From IMG/VR virus record IMGVR_UViG_3300042147_000020, positions 124,001 to 188,000 of that record: a stretch of 64,000 nt of DNA; one strand, 5' to 3'. Below, one piece after another: positions 29,690-38,813 of the stretch. A program made the position numbers and the translations under genes. The notes under the pieces are model-generated. The model was given only the letters and a program-made list of their open reading frames with translations, ran no database searches and was not told the DNA's origin. The number at the start of each line of letters is the position of its first letter. Within the stretch, counting starts at the first letter, position 1.

Positions 29690-30115
29690 TTACTTGTGCT
29701 TATTACCCCGAGTGCGTTCGAACTCCAAACTCACTTCCAAGTCAGCAACTCGTTTCTCCATCCAGATCTTTTCGGCTTTCACCGCAGCATGATCTATCTC
29801 TTGATTGTGGTGTTCGTCGCGGAGGGCTTCGTATTTGCCAACCAGATCAGCATGGTCGGTGATCAGACTTTGGTACTTGGTAGTAGTCTCTCGACTCTCT
29901 CTCAAGACACGATCGTATAACCGAGCATACTCATGAGAACTCTTAGCGTTCCCAACAGTCAACAGCAGGAGCACCAACGATGAACACAGCAGGGTTACGA
30001 TACTTTTGTTGCTGACGATAGCATCCCTGAAGTCTTTGTTCTTGAAGAACACTTCCCTCACGAATGGCCACAGCTTCAAAAGAAACTTGAACAAAAGAAC
30101 AGCATTGGCGATCAT
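29690..30115 (-). CDS. Membrane-anchored coiled-coil protein
   Basis: Hydrophobic IVTLLCSSLVLLLLTVG followed by a heptad-rich C-terminus. Confidence 0.55.
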   Translation of the reverse strand: MIANAVLLFKFLLKLWPFVREVFFKNKDFRDAIVSNKSIVTLLCSSLVLLLLTVGNAKSSHEYARLYDRVLRESRETTTKYQSLITDHADLVGKYEALRDEHHNQEIDHAAVKAEKIWMEKRVADLEVSLEFERTRGNKHK

Positions 30116-30195
30116 GGTAAAGTTTGCTCCGTCTAATGCTCAAGAATGGTATAGGTAAATTCTTACTGAACCCTACCCACCCTCGAGGTCCTTAC

Positions 30196-31515
30196 ATGTA
30201 TAATCTTAAAGGGTTTATGGTCTTCGCGCCATTGGCTGACAACTCATTCGACGTAATTGCACCTCTTGGGGAACTCTCAACCCATTGTGCAACCTTTGCT
30301 AAAGAGAAGGGACAATACACTAACGCTACTTACGCTGATTCTAAACTAATCAGTTTCCTGAGTCAACAGGTAGCAGTAGACGGAACCAAAACTCAAGTCG
30401 CTACTCCGGTAATTCACCAGAACGCTGCACTGAGTTTGGCCCAATGGGTTTTCACCAAATCCATGGCTCAAGAGATCTCCCTCGACCGCGAAGCTTTCGG
30501 CTCCGCACTGATCACAAGTTACGGTCTGACTCACTTGGAGTTAGCCTTCGGTGAGATCATTGGTGACGGCTCTCGTTACATGCCTGAGTGGATCAGCTAT
30601 AAGCTGGACGACTCGGAAGACAACCGTGTACGTCTGTGGTTTGCCGATGACTCGTTCCGTCGTCAGTACGATGAATACGAACTGGGCTTCGTTCCACCGA
30701 TTCCTGTACTCGACGATTTCTTTAAAGACCCCCTGATCGTGAAGGCGGCAGTTGACGCGTGGACTCTGACCCAAGCTCTGGAAAAGGCAGACGTGTTGAA
30801 AAACCGTAAGCCTGAAACCGTGATGCTGAACAAGGTCTACAAGTACTTCGCTCAACTGGCTCCGTTCATTGATCTTGATACCAACTGGACCATCATCATC
30901 TGGGGTCCGGCTGGTAATAACCCAGACGTCATCAAGCAAGAACTGGCCAAATGGATTCTGGCGAACTCACAACATACCGAAGAAGAATGGATGGACATCT
31001 TTCCAGACATCTTCACGTCGACTGAGTACGTCATCACCCCGTTCTGGGATGAAGTGGCCATCGAACAGAAGACGATCATCACCGGTGTGTATTCACCGAC
31101 TGTTCTGGTCAAGGATGCCATTGCAGTTTCGAACCTGACCATCAAGGGTAAGAACTACAACCAGCTCCACATCGACGAGAACCTCTGCGTCTCCAGCGTC
31201 CTGTATGGCTCGCTGTGTATGTCCGTCTGTGGTGGTCCGTACAACCGTGATGGCATCAAGAAGTTCAACGACCAGTGGCCTGACTATATCAACGTGTCGA
31301 CCAACTCGCCAGACTTCAACCGCATGAAGTTGCCGACTCAAGACTTCGTCAACCTCCTGTACTCGATGTTGCTCGTCGCTGAGAACGCCACTCTGTTCTC
31401 TGACATTCCTTTGGGCATGTCTCGGGTTACTCGTGATGGTATCGTTTACATCGCGGCTTCCATGAACGACATTCTGTATCTGGTAGTTACCAAGTACTCG
31501 ATGCTCGACATCTGA
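30196..31515 (+). CDS. Virion structural protein (phiKZ gp157-like by synteny)
   Basis: Long ORF; ATG at 30196 (MYNLKG) with a GAGG RBS. Confidence 0.6.
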   Translation: MYNLKGFMVFAPLADNSFDVIAPLGELSTHCATFAKEKGQYTNATYADSKLISFLSQQVAVDGTKTQVATPVIHQNAALSLAQWVFTKSMAQEISLDREAFGSALITSYGLTHLELAFGEIIGDGSRYMPEWISYKLDDSEDNRVRLWFADDSFRRQYDEYELGFVPPIPVLDDFFKDPLIVKAAVDAWTLTQALEKADVLKNRKPETVMLNKVYKYFAQLAPFIDLDTNWTIIIWGPAGNNPDVIKQELAKWILANSQHTEEEWMDIFPDIFTSTEYVITPFWDEVAIEQKTIITGVYSPTVLVKDAIAVSNLTIKGKNYNQLHIDENLCVSSVLYGSLCMSVCGGPYNRDGIKKFNDQWPDYINVSTNSPDFNRMKLPTQDFVNLLYSMLLVAENATLFSDIPLGMSRVTRDGIVYIAASMNDILYLVVTKYSMLDI

Positions 31516-31523
31516 GGTGAGTA

Positions 31524-32135
31524 ATGGCTGGTATCACTCCTCCGCTGTTAACGAAAGGTCGCTACACGTTAGTTGAACCTTTCACCGCTCTACCCACCGT
31601 CCTTTATACGTGTTCTGCTCTGCGTACATTCGACGAGTGTTTGGCTGGTGGTGTGGATGTCCTTAACGGGATCTACATTCTCGCAGGCCTGACGAAGGCT
31701 GAGTACGACCGTGACTATAAGGCTGGCAAGAAGATTGTCACCCTGATGTCCGATACTGAGACTCCGATCTACGTACCGGATTCTTACATCGAGTCGTTCC
31801 CCAACTTCGACGCAGTTAACTACAACCACATCGTGTGCTCACTGGACTTCGGTGCGTTGCCGGACTTCATGAATCTGGCAAACTTGCAACTTGAGATTGC
31901 TGGGTTGGCTTCTGATGTCGTGGGTAAAGAACCTGTGGTGAAGATCCATCGAGCAGCTTCGAGTGGGCTGATCACTCCAACAGAACACGAAACGGCTGAA
32001 GTGGCACGGTTGGCTGCAATCAGTCGCCGCACTACCTACCGGGCTGAGAACATTCAACTCCGGGCACAGGTGACTACGTTGACAGAACAGAATGCGGTCT
32101 TGGTAGCACTGCTCCAAGAGAACAACATTTTGTGA
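31524..32135 (+). CDS. Conserved hypothetical/virion protein
   Basis: 203 aa, GAGG RBS, C-terminal coiled coil. Confidence 0.6.
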   Translation: MAGITPPLLTKGRYTLVEPFTALPTVLYTCSALRTFDECLAGGVDVLNGIYILAGLTKAEYDRDYKAGKKIVTLMSDTETPIYVPDSYIESFPNFDAVNYNHIVCSLDFGALPDFMNLANLQLEIAGLASDVVGKEPVVKIHRAASSGLITPTEHETAEVARLAAISRRTTYRAENIQLRAQVTTLTEQNAVLVALLQENNIL

Positions 32136-32174
32136 CGGCATAGGGAGAGGGCGTGAGCCCTCTCCTTTTATGCG
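32136..32174. terminator. Bidirectional hairpin with TATGC motifs
   Basis: cggcatag-ggagagggc-gtga-gccctctcc-ttttatgcg. Confidence 0.75.
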
Positions 32175-32680
32175 ATGAAACGGAAGATCGTAATCCCCCG
32201 AGCGTTAGCGTACTGTTGTACGAATAACAACTCGACCAACCAAGAGATGAAGGCGTCCGACCAAATACCGCGTAAGTCTCGAGTAAGAAATCTTTCAATC
32301 TCTTTCTGACGAGCCTGTCGACGGTTGTTGAGAATCGGAAACAACATCTGAACGTACAGCACAGCCAAAGTCACTTGAAGGTCAAACTGATTACGCCCAC
32401 GATCAATACAAAGCTCGTAAGCAAACTCGTTGGCCCGCTGTAGTTGTTCAGTCATCAACTCCGGCTTACTGAACAGGAGTACAACCCCAGCCTCAGTAAA
32501 CTGATGGAGTAGAGAGTTCACAGTCATTTCGAACGTGATGTTGTTCTCACCATCAAAGGTCCTGCTGAAGACCATGTCGCGGTGTTCCTTGAACAACCCA
32601 TCTCGCAAACGAGTGTAAGCCGGGTGGTATTGGAACAATGCTGACTGAGGGATGTAACCGTGAACGAAGGTTCTACTCAC
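32168..32680 (-). CDS. Hypothetical protein
   Basis: The GTG at 32680 overlaps the upstream stop (GTGA coupling). Confidence 0.55.
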   Translation of the reverse strand: MSRTFVHGYIPQSALFQYHPAYTRLRDGLFKEHRDMVFSRTFDGENNITFEMTVNSLLHQFTEAGVVLLFSKPELMTEQLQRANEFAYELCIDRGRNQFDLQVTLAVLYVQMLFPILNNRRQARQKEIERFLTRDLRGIWSDAFISWLVELLFVQQYANARGITIFRFIA

Positions 32681-33042
32681 ACGGAGTACTCCCAGCGAAG
32701 GTCTTGGTCCTCGTAACGGGAGAACCACCCCAGCCTGTTGGCATTCAGATCAGCACCTGAGAAACCAAACGCCGCAGTGGCACTGCCCATTACACCACGA
32801 TGTAGGCAAACTGCGTAGCGATCCCACGCCATTTCCAGACATGGCGTCACCTGAATGTCCATAGCGACTGGAGAGAAGCAGTAGTTATACGCTTCCAGAA
32901 CCTCACACTCACCAACGGCACACGGAATTCCATCACGTTTCGGGATGTAGAAAATCGGTACCCCAGAGATCAGCTCATGCTGCTCCAGTAAGAAATCTTC
33001 AACCTTTTCAACCACACCCAGCGCATCGAGATCACTCATCAT
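32677..33042 (-). CDS. Hypothetical protein
   Basis: 121-aa ORF in a co-oriented run. Confidence 0.55.
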   Translation of the reverse strand: MMSDLDALGVVEKVEDFLLEQHELISGVPIFYIPKRDGIPCAVGECEVLEAYNYCFSPVAMDIQVTPCLEMAWDRYAVCLHRGVMGSATAAFGFSGADLNANRLGWFSRYEDQDLRWEYSV

Positions 33043-33054
33043 TAAGCCGCCTTA

Positions 33055-33720
33055 TTACACGTCGTTAGAACCAGATTCTTCTTCCTCTTCTTCGTCAGAA
33101 GAGTCTTCTTCTTCGAGGTCGTCTTCTTCAGACTCCTCTTCGTCTCCGCCATCGTCCCCGGCGCCGGAGTCGTCACCGGAAGTATCGTCACCGGAGCCTT
33201 CCTCACCATCCGAATCGTCGGAACCGCCATCGCCGTCGCCGAGACCGTCGGAACCATCGCCGCCACCGGCACTGCCGTCAGCGTCATCAGCACCAGTACC
33301 ATCAGCACCCAGGCCTTCACCTTCACCTTCGCCATTGCCTTGGTCTCCGTCGCCACCGTCGCCATTATCTGGCAGACCGTTATCGGCTTCGTTCACCCCT
33401 TCAGGGCGTGGGTTTTGGTCGTCTTCGGACAGGACGAGGGTACCAGCTTTCATGGCCTCTTCCATACCCTGAACGATTACACCTTTGGCTTCACCTACGG
33501 CCACCGGATCACCGATGCCAGCCATAGCGATGCCACGGTCGCGCAGGAGTTCTACGCAGGCCAGGATTTCGTTGAGTTGCTTGATCGCATCCAGAACCAG
33601 AGGTTGGCCGGTTTCTGGGTCAGTGGCTTTGATGCCCATGAAGTTCAGCTTCGAAAGAGCCTTACCCAGCTCACAAGCTTCCTCAGTGGCCTTCGAGACC
33701 AGAGTTTCAATAAGGTTCAT
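33055..33720 (-). CDS. MazG-like helical domain fused to a Gly/Asp/Glu-rich acidic tail
   Basis: N-terminal ATEEACELGKALSK...LNEILACVELL; the C-terminal ~110 aa are mostly G/D/E/S. Confidence 0.55.
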   Translation of the reverse strand: MNLIETLVSKATEEACELGKALSKLNFMGIKATDPETGQPLVLDAIKQLNEILACVELLRDRGIAMAGIGDPVAVGEAKGVIVQGMEEAMKAGTLVLSEDDQNPRPEGVNEADNGLPDNGDGGDGDQGNGEGEGEGLGADGTGADDADGSAGGGDGSDGLGDGDGGSDDSDGEEGSGDDTSGDDSGAGDDGGDEEESEEDDLEEEDSSDEEEEEESGSNDV

Positions 33721-33847
33721 GCGTATTACCTTTACAGTGGGTTTAAAAGAGTACCGCACCGCCCAGCATTGGGTGGTGACTGAGCGGTGGTTGACGTCCT
33801 TTCACCTTATACGTGAAGGTGGAGTTATCAAACCATTAGTGCGGCGA

Positions 33848-36304
33848 TCAGACCATTGTAACGTGTTGGTTGTGTTTCACCGGGACAGAGATGTTGCTCG
33901 AATCCATCACCATGACTTCTGCTTGGGTGAAAGCCCCGTGAGAAGAAGCGTAGTGAGAGATCATGAATACTTGAGAGAATCCTTTCGATTCCACCAAGTC
34001 TTTAATGAAGTTCATCACGTTGACCTTGTGAGTTTCATCAAAGGTTGCCCCCAGTTCATCCAGATACAGCGGGTAGTTTGTCAGACGCAGATAGAACATC
34101 ACCAACAACACGAATGAGAAGTTGATCATCTCCTTCTGACCACGGGAAGTCCGACCCACGTCTTCAGGACCGTTTGGCTCACCCGCAATCCGAACAGGGA
34201 AGCGGTAGTTCAGTTCACCTGAGTCGGTCCCACACGCCAATACTTCCAACTGGTACGTCCACACGTTCTCAATGATGGCGTTCATGTGCTCAGTGAAGCC
34301 GGAGATAAAGCCAGACATCTGCTCAGCAATGTAACCGTCCTTAGGAGAGAGGATGTCAGCAATCAGCTTGTTAGCTTTATGTTTGACGTCCACCTCGTTA
34401 CGGAACCGTTCCATGTCCTCCAACAACGCTTGGATGGTTTTCTTCTCGTTCAACTTACCATTCAGGAAAGCCAGACGGGATTGGTGTGCACGCGTCATCT
34501 CAGCAATAGAGTCATCACGCATCTCTACCACGAAGTCTTCGAACGCAGTCAGAGACTTGTCGTAACCCTGACGTAGTTGGGCATCCATCTGCATAAGCTG
34601 TTCAGCCTTCTGCTTCATGATCACCAACTCGGTACGACTGGACTCCAGTTCGATCATCTGTTCTGTCAGCGAAGAGATCTTCTGATTGTTCTGTTCGATA
34701 CGTACAGACAGTTGTTCCGACCCATTGGTCTTGCGTAGAGCGTCTACCGTTAGCTCCAGCTTGTCAATGCGTTGCATCGCAGTATGGACTTCCAACCAGA
34801 CCTTAGCGTCCTTAGAGAAGCCAGAGAACTCAGCCAACCAAGACTTAGGATCATTGTTGACTGCATCCACGTCCAACATCGCATTCCAGAACAGACCCAG
34901 TGAAGGGTTGTTAGAAACCAATGCACGGAAACGCATGAAGTAGCCAGAGAACTCACTGGCCTCCTCCAGATACTTCTCCACTGCTTTCAAGTCGTCAGTA
35001 GCGTTCTGCAACTTCTGACGGAACTCAACAACATCATTCTCCGCGTTGATCCGACGAGACTCAGAGATACCCGGCAACCACGTATACGTACACTGTGGGC
35101 ACTCAGTCTTACAAGCACCAGCAATGTGTTCCAGAGTCGCTTCTTCTTTAGCCACTCGGTTAGCGAACCCTTCGACAGACTTCTTGAACTCCAGTCGAGA
35201 GTCACGAGCCTGTTGAACAGTCTGCTTATTGAAGTGCTTGTCAGAGTTGTTGGGGATATTGCGCAGTACGTCTCCCAGCTCCTCCTGCACGCTCTCAATC
35301 GAGTTGAGCATAGCGCGTGGGTCAGCCTCCCCAAAGTCTTTCCACTTCACCAGATGCGTCTGTAGCTCGCACACGGTGTCACGTAGACGCCCTAACTCGG
35401 CTTCGGCTTCTTCTAGTGACTCGACGCCCCCACCTTCCACTGTTTTCTGCAACTGGTGGAGGTCTTCGAGTGCTTCGGTTGTCCACTCACGCAAACCTTT
35501 GACGAGGTTCGCTTCCTTATCAATGGTGTTGATTCGGTCAGTGAGTTCTTCCATGGAACTGAACTTGCCTTTAATGGGATTACCCATTGCGAGCATACGG
35601 TCAGCCATCTGACATTCCCAGTCAATCATCTTGGCAATGCGTTGTTCACCACCGGAGAGGTTACGGTTGGAACGACTGAGGAACAGGATCTCCAATTCTT
35701 TCTGGAGGTGTTCTGCTTCTTCTGCCCATTCTTCTGTGTCACCCAGTGCTTTGAGTTTCTTCTGTTCGTTCACCAGACGCTCAGACAGCTCTTTAAACGT
35801 ACCCTGTGCATCTCGGGCAGAGCTGCTGTACTTCTTGAACATGTTGAGTGCGTAGGTGAAGTCAGTGTCGCTGAGCATAGTCAGCCACTTACGACGATCA
35901 GCAGTCGACATATCGGTGAACAAGACTTGACCCGTAACCAGTTCGTGGATCATGTCGGTCACGCGGAATTCTTGCCAGACCAGTTCTTTCTGGACTGAGA
36001 CGGTGCCCCCAGGGTTTAGTTCTACCCCGTTCTTCAAAAAGGAATGCTTGGCGCTACCCTTAAAGGTAGAAGTGAGGACGTAGTCTTGTCCTTCGTGCTC
36101 CCACACAGTCATCTTCAGACCACCCTTGATGTAATCCTTGGGGTCTGCTGGTAAAGGGGTTGCATCGTTGACTACAGAACTCTTGCCACTACCATTAGTG
36201 CCGATGATGATTTGGTACAGGTTGGTTGGCTTGTAGTGTAGGGTCTTGATGTTATTTAGCATCAGTCTACGACTGCCTTCCATTAACAGCTCTAGCATTC
36301 GCAT
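33848..36304 (-). CDS. SbcC/Rad50-like SMC-family ATPase, phiKZ gp165-like
   Basis: Walker A GTNGSGKS, coiled coils, a CPQC zinc hook, signature TSRGQ, Walker B LYLDE and the ISH switch. Likely start at ATG 36304. Confidence 0.88.
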   Translation of the reverse strand: MRMLELLMEGSRRLMLNNIKTLHYKPTNLYQIIIGTNGSGKSSVVNDATPLPADPKDYIKGGLKMTVWEHEGQDYVLTSTFKGSAKHSFLKNGVELNPGGTVSVQKELVWQEFRVTDMIHELVTGQVLFTDMSTADRRKWLTMLSDTDFTYALNMFKKYSSSARDAQGTFKELSERLVNEQKKLKALGDTEEWAEEAEHLQKELEILFLSRSNRNLSGGEQRIAKMIDWECQMADRMLAMGNPIKGKFSSMEELTDRINTIDKEANLVKGLREWTTEALEDLHQLQKTVEGGGVESLEEAEAELGRLRDTVCELQTHLVKWKDFGEADPRAMLNSIESVQEELGDVLRNIPNNSDKHFNKQTVQQARDSRLEFKKSVEGFANRVAKEEATLEHIAGACKTECPQCTYTWLPGISESRRINAENDVVEFRQKLQNATDDLKAVEKYLEEASEFSGYFMRFRALVSNNPSLGLFWNAMLDVDAVNNDPKSWLAEFSGFSKDAKVWLEVHTAMQRIDKLELTVDALRKTNGSEQLSVRIEQNNQKISSLTEQMIELESSRTELVIMKQKAEQLMQMDAQLRQGYDKSLTAFEDFVVEMRDDSIAEMTRAHQSRLAFLNGKLNEKKTIQALLEDMERFRNEVDVKHKANKLIADILSPKDGYIAEQMSGFISGFTEHMNAIIENVWTYQLEVLACGTDSGELNYRFPVRIAGEPNGPEDVGRTSRGQKEMINFSFVLLVMFYLRLTNYPLYLDELGATFDETHKVNVMNFIKDLVESKGFSQVFMISHYASSHGAFTQAEVMVMDSSNISVPVKHNQHVTMV

Positions 36305-36398
36305 TATAAATAGCTTCCCCAATGTTACTAACATAAAGTACAGAGAGCGGATAATAATTAACGTATGGTTTGAAAGCCCATAACTAAGGAGTCTCGTA

Positions 36399-37163
36399 AT
36401 GGAAGCTACCTGTTTTAAAATCGTCTCCTTAGGTATCGTTGCTGAGAACAAGCCGATGCGGAACGCAGACGGTAGTTGGTGCCACACCATTCAAGCCACA
36501 CCGATTGAAAGTCAGTCCATGCTTGACGGCGAACTGAAGTCTAACCCGACGGCGGTTGAAGTAAACGGTGTGGACGGTTCAGGACAAAGTTTCTCCTCTA
36601 AGGCCACTGTAGACTCGACGGTAGAGGCCACGTGGCTTCCACTGGGTCAGAACCGTATAACCGCCCCAGACGTTCGTAGGGGCGTTAGAGTGTACCTTTG
36701 GCAAGCAGCCGACAGTGATAAGTATTACTGGACGAACGCTGGTCTCGATGCTGGGATGTTCAAACTGGAAACGGTGATCTTTGCGTTCAGTGCTACTAAA
36801 GATGAAGGTAGCTCAGGCATCGACATCAACAAGTGTTACTTTATCGAAGTCTCGACTCACAGCAAAGCTATTACCTTACAGACCAGTTCTGAGAACGGCG
36901 AGCCTTTCGAATACACCTTCCAGTTCAATACCGCTGAAGGTGCAGTGACTCTGGCAGACGACGTAGGTAATTACTTCGAGTTGGACAGTCAAGCCCACAA
37001 GCTGACACTGAAGAACCAAGATCAGTCACACGTAATCCTCGACAAGACTCGCATCAACATCAAAGCCACTGATGAAGTAGTCATTGATGTAGGGGCCACT
37101 AAGGTTACGATGACTCCGAGTGGAACCATCTGGAAAACTCCGAAGTTCGATGGGGGTAGTTAA
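36399..37163 (+). CDS. Baseplate central spike (gpV/gp5-like), phiKZ gp164-like
   Basis: OB-fold-like ATWLP..NR.TAPDV..G..V followed by short beta-strand repeats; coupled to a PAAR gene. Confidence 0.7.
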   Translation: MEATCFKIVSLGIVAENKPMRNADGSWCHTIQATPIESQSMLDGELKSNPTAVEVNGVDGSGQSFSSKATVDSTVEATWLPLGQNRITAPDVRRGVRVYLWQAADSDKYYWTNAGLDAGMFKLETVIFAFSATKDEGSSGIDINKCYFIEVSTHSKAITLQTSSENGEPFEYTFQFNTAEGAVTLADDVGNYFELDSQAHKLTLKNQDQSHVILDKTRINIKATDEVVIDVGATKVTMTPSGTIWKTPKFDGGS

Positions 37164-37426
37164 TGTCTGGTATTTCTCAAGTAGGGATCGCTACAGCAGG
37201 CGGGGTTATCACAGGTCCCGGAGCAGCCAACTTCACGCTAGACGGTGCCAAGGTGTCTTTGTTAGGTGATGACGTCGCAGGACACGGCACAGGCTCTCAC
37301 GCAGGCCCTAAGATGGTTGAGGGTTCGGCATGGATGACATGGAACGGAATCCCTGTGGTCAGAGCCGGACATAAAGCCAGTTGCAGTGATCAAGCAACAG
37401 GTCACGGTACGTGGTCGATTGAATGA
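37163..37426 (+). CDS. PAAR-like spike tip protein
   Basis: 87 aa: DGAKVSLLGDDVAGHG..H....EGS....NGIPVVRAGH.ASC. Confidence 0.8.
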   Translation: MSGISQVGIATAGGVITGPGAANFTLDGAKVSLLGDDVAGHGTGSHAGPKMVEGSAWMTWNGIPVVRAGHKASCSDQATGHGTWSIE

Positions 37427-37427
37427 G

Positions 37428-37465
37428 CGCATAGAGGAGGGCACGAAGCCCTCCTCGTTATGCCG
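37428..37465. terminator. Bidirectional hairpin with TATGC motifs
   Basis: cgcata-gaggagggc-acgaa-gccctcctc-gttatgccg. Confidence 0.75.
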
Positions 37466-38710
37466 TCACAAATCAGAACCGATCTTCAGGAAGTACGCTT
37501 TGGAGAAACGGAACGGGTTGATAGTCGACTGAGTGTTGTCAATCGAATTACCCAGTCCCCAGTCCGTGGTTTCAAAGTTGTACTCTGGACGTTGGTTGTC
37601 AGCACCAGCCAACACGTAGGTGTCGCCCTCAGTGATGCTCCAGTAGTCGAAGATGCGACCCTTACCAAAGATCACCGGCCAGATAGGACGAGTCCGAGTG
37701 AAGTAACGATCTGGCGTCTGAGTCAAACCCAACTGCTCACGATCTACATAGACGTCGTTGTTGTTGATCACAATTAGGAAAGACTGTGACAGAGTCAACA
37801 TAGCCTTCACGACAGCGTCACTGCTGAATTCGTCCAAACCAATCTGGTCGTAACCACCGTTCTTGTAAGTCAGGTGATTCTCGATGGAGGTCAGGTCAAT
37901 GAGACGCTTGGCATCAAAGAACCAATCGGCCACCACTTGATTGCGCAGATCCAGACTGAATGCGGAATCCCCAATCCGACGGAACGCACGCTCCATTGGT
38001 AGCAAGTAACCCATGAAGCTGAACATCACCGTCTTATCCACAAACGATTCTTCTGTGGAGATAATGGCGTTGACATTGAGATCAGCCACCGTACCACCTG
38101 GAGTGATCATGTCTTCAGTGATCGGAATACAACGAACCCCACCGAGGTCTCGGAAGCTCAGGATACCAACGTGGTTGTCGTTAGTGATCCGTCGAGTGGA
38201 ACCAGCACCGTAGACATGGATACCATTAGAGTCGTAGTCGGAGTAGTGTAGCAGTCCGTTTACGTCCACCAAACAGTTCTCAAAGAACTGCTGATGGTTC
38301 AGGCCTTCTTTGGTCAACAGTAAGTCAGTCATGTCCGCTGGGACGACATCGTTACCCGGTGCGATGGTACGGTGAATTGGAGTCAGCGAGTAACCCGCTT
38401 GGACAGCATCACGGTACTGAACGTACTTGGCTTTCAGTTGTGGGATCGTGGTGCTAGTCGGCAAAGACTGATTCCCCAACCCTGCCAACCATTGAGTCAC
38501 GGTGGTGCCCGGCTTGACTAAGGTGATCCGACTGCGGACTTCATTCAAGTCCAAAGACACCTGCCCAACAACAACTGGGTTGGTCAAGATCAAGTAGATC
38601 CGAGAGTAATCTGTCCAGAGCTTGAAGACATCCATCTCTGAAAGATCAACTTCTGACCAACTACCAGTACGACCACGCGTTCTGGCTAACGATTTTACGA
38701 GTGAGTACAT
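37466..38710 (-). CDS. Virion structural protein
   Basis: Long ORF; likely start at ATG 38710 (MYSLVK). Confidence 0.6.
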   Translation of the reverse strand: MYSLVKSLARTRGRTGSWSEVDLSEMDVFKLWTDYSRIYLILTNPVVVGQVSLDLNEVRSRITLVKPGTTVTQWLAGLGNQSLPTSTTIPQLKAKYVQYRDAVQAGYSLTPIHRTIAPGNDVVPADMTDLLLTKEGLNHQQFFENCLVDVNGLLHYSDYDSNGIHVYGAGSTRRITNDNHVGILSFRDLGGVRCIPITEDMITPGGTVADLNVNAIISTEESFVDKTVMFSFMGYLLPMERAFRRIGDSAFSLDLRNQVVADWFFDAKRLIDLTSIENHLTYKNGGYDQIGLDEFSSDAVVKAMLTLSQSFLIVINNNDVYVDREQLGLTQTPDRYFTRTRPIWPVIFGKGRIFDYWSITEGDTYVLAGADNQRPEYNFETTDWGLGNSIDNTQSTINPFRFSKAYFLKIGSDL

Positions 38711-38813
38711 GGCTAAATTCTCTTGAAGGGCGGAACACGAGCCGGGTAATAGTATGGTGCGTATTCTTTTACAGGCAACTATAACATTCGCTGTTTTAAC
38801 AGGAGTCAACGGT

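Noticed and set aside
33042-33365. Alternative-frame 107-aa ORF with Lys runs
   Set aside because: It is a frame-shifted shadow of the low-complexity acidic tail.
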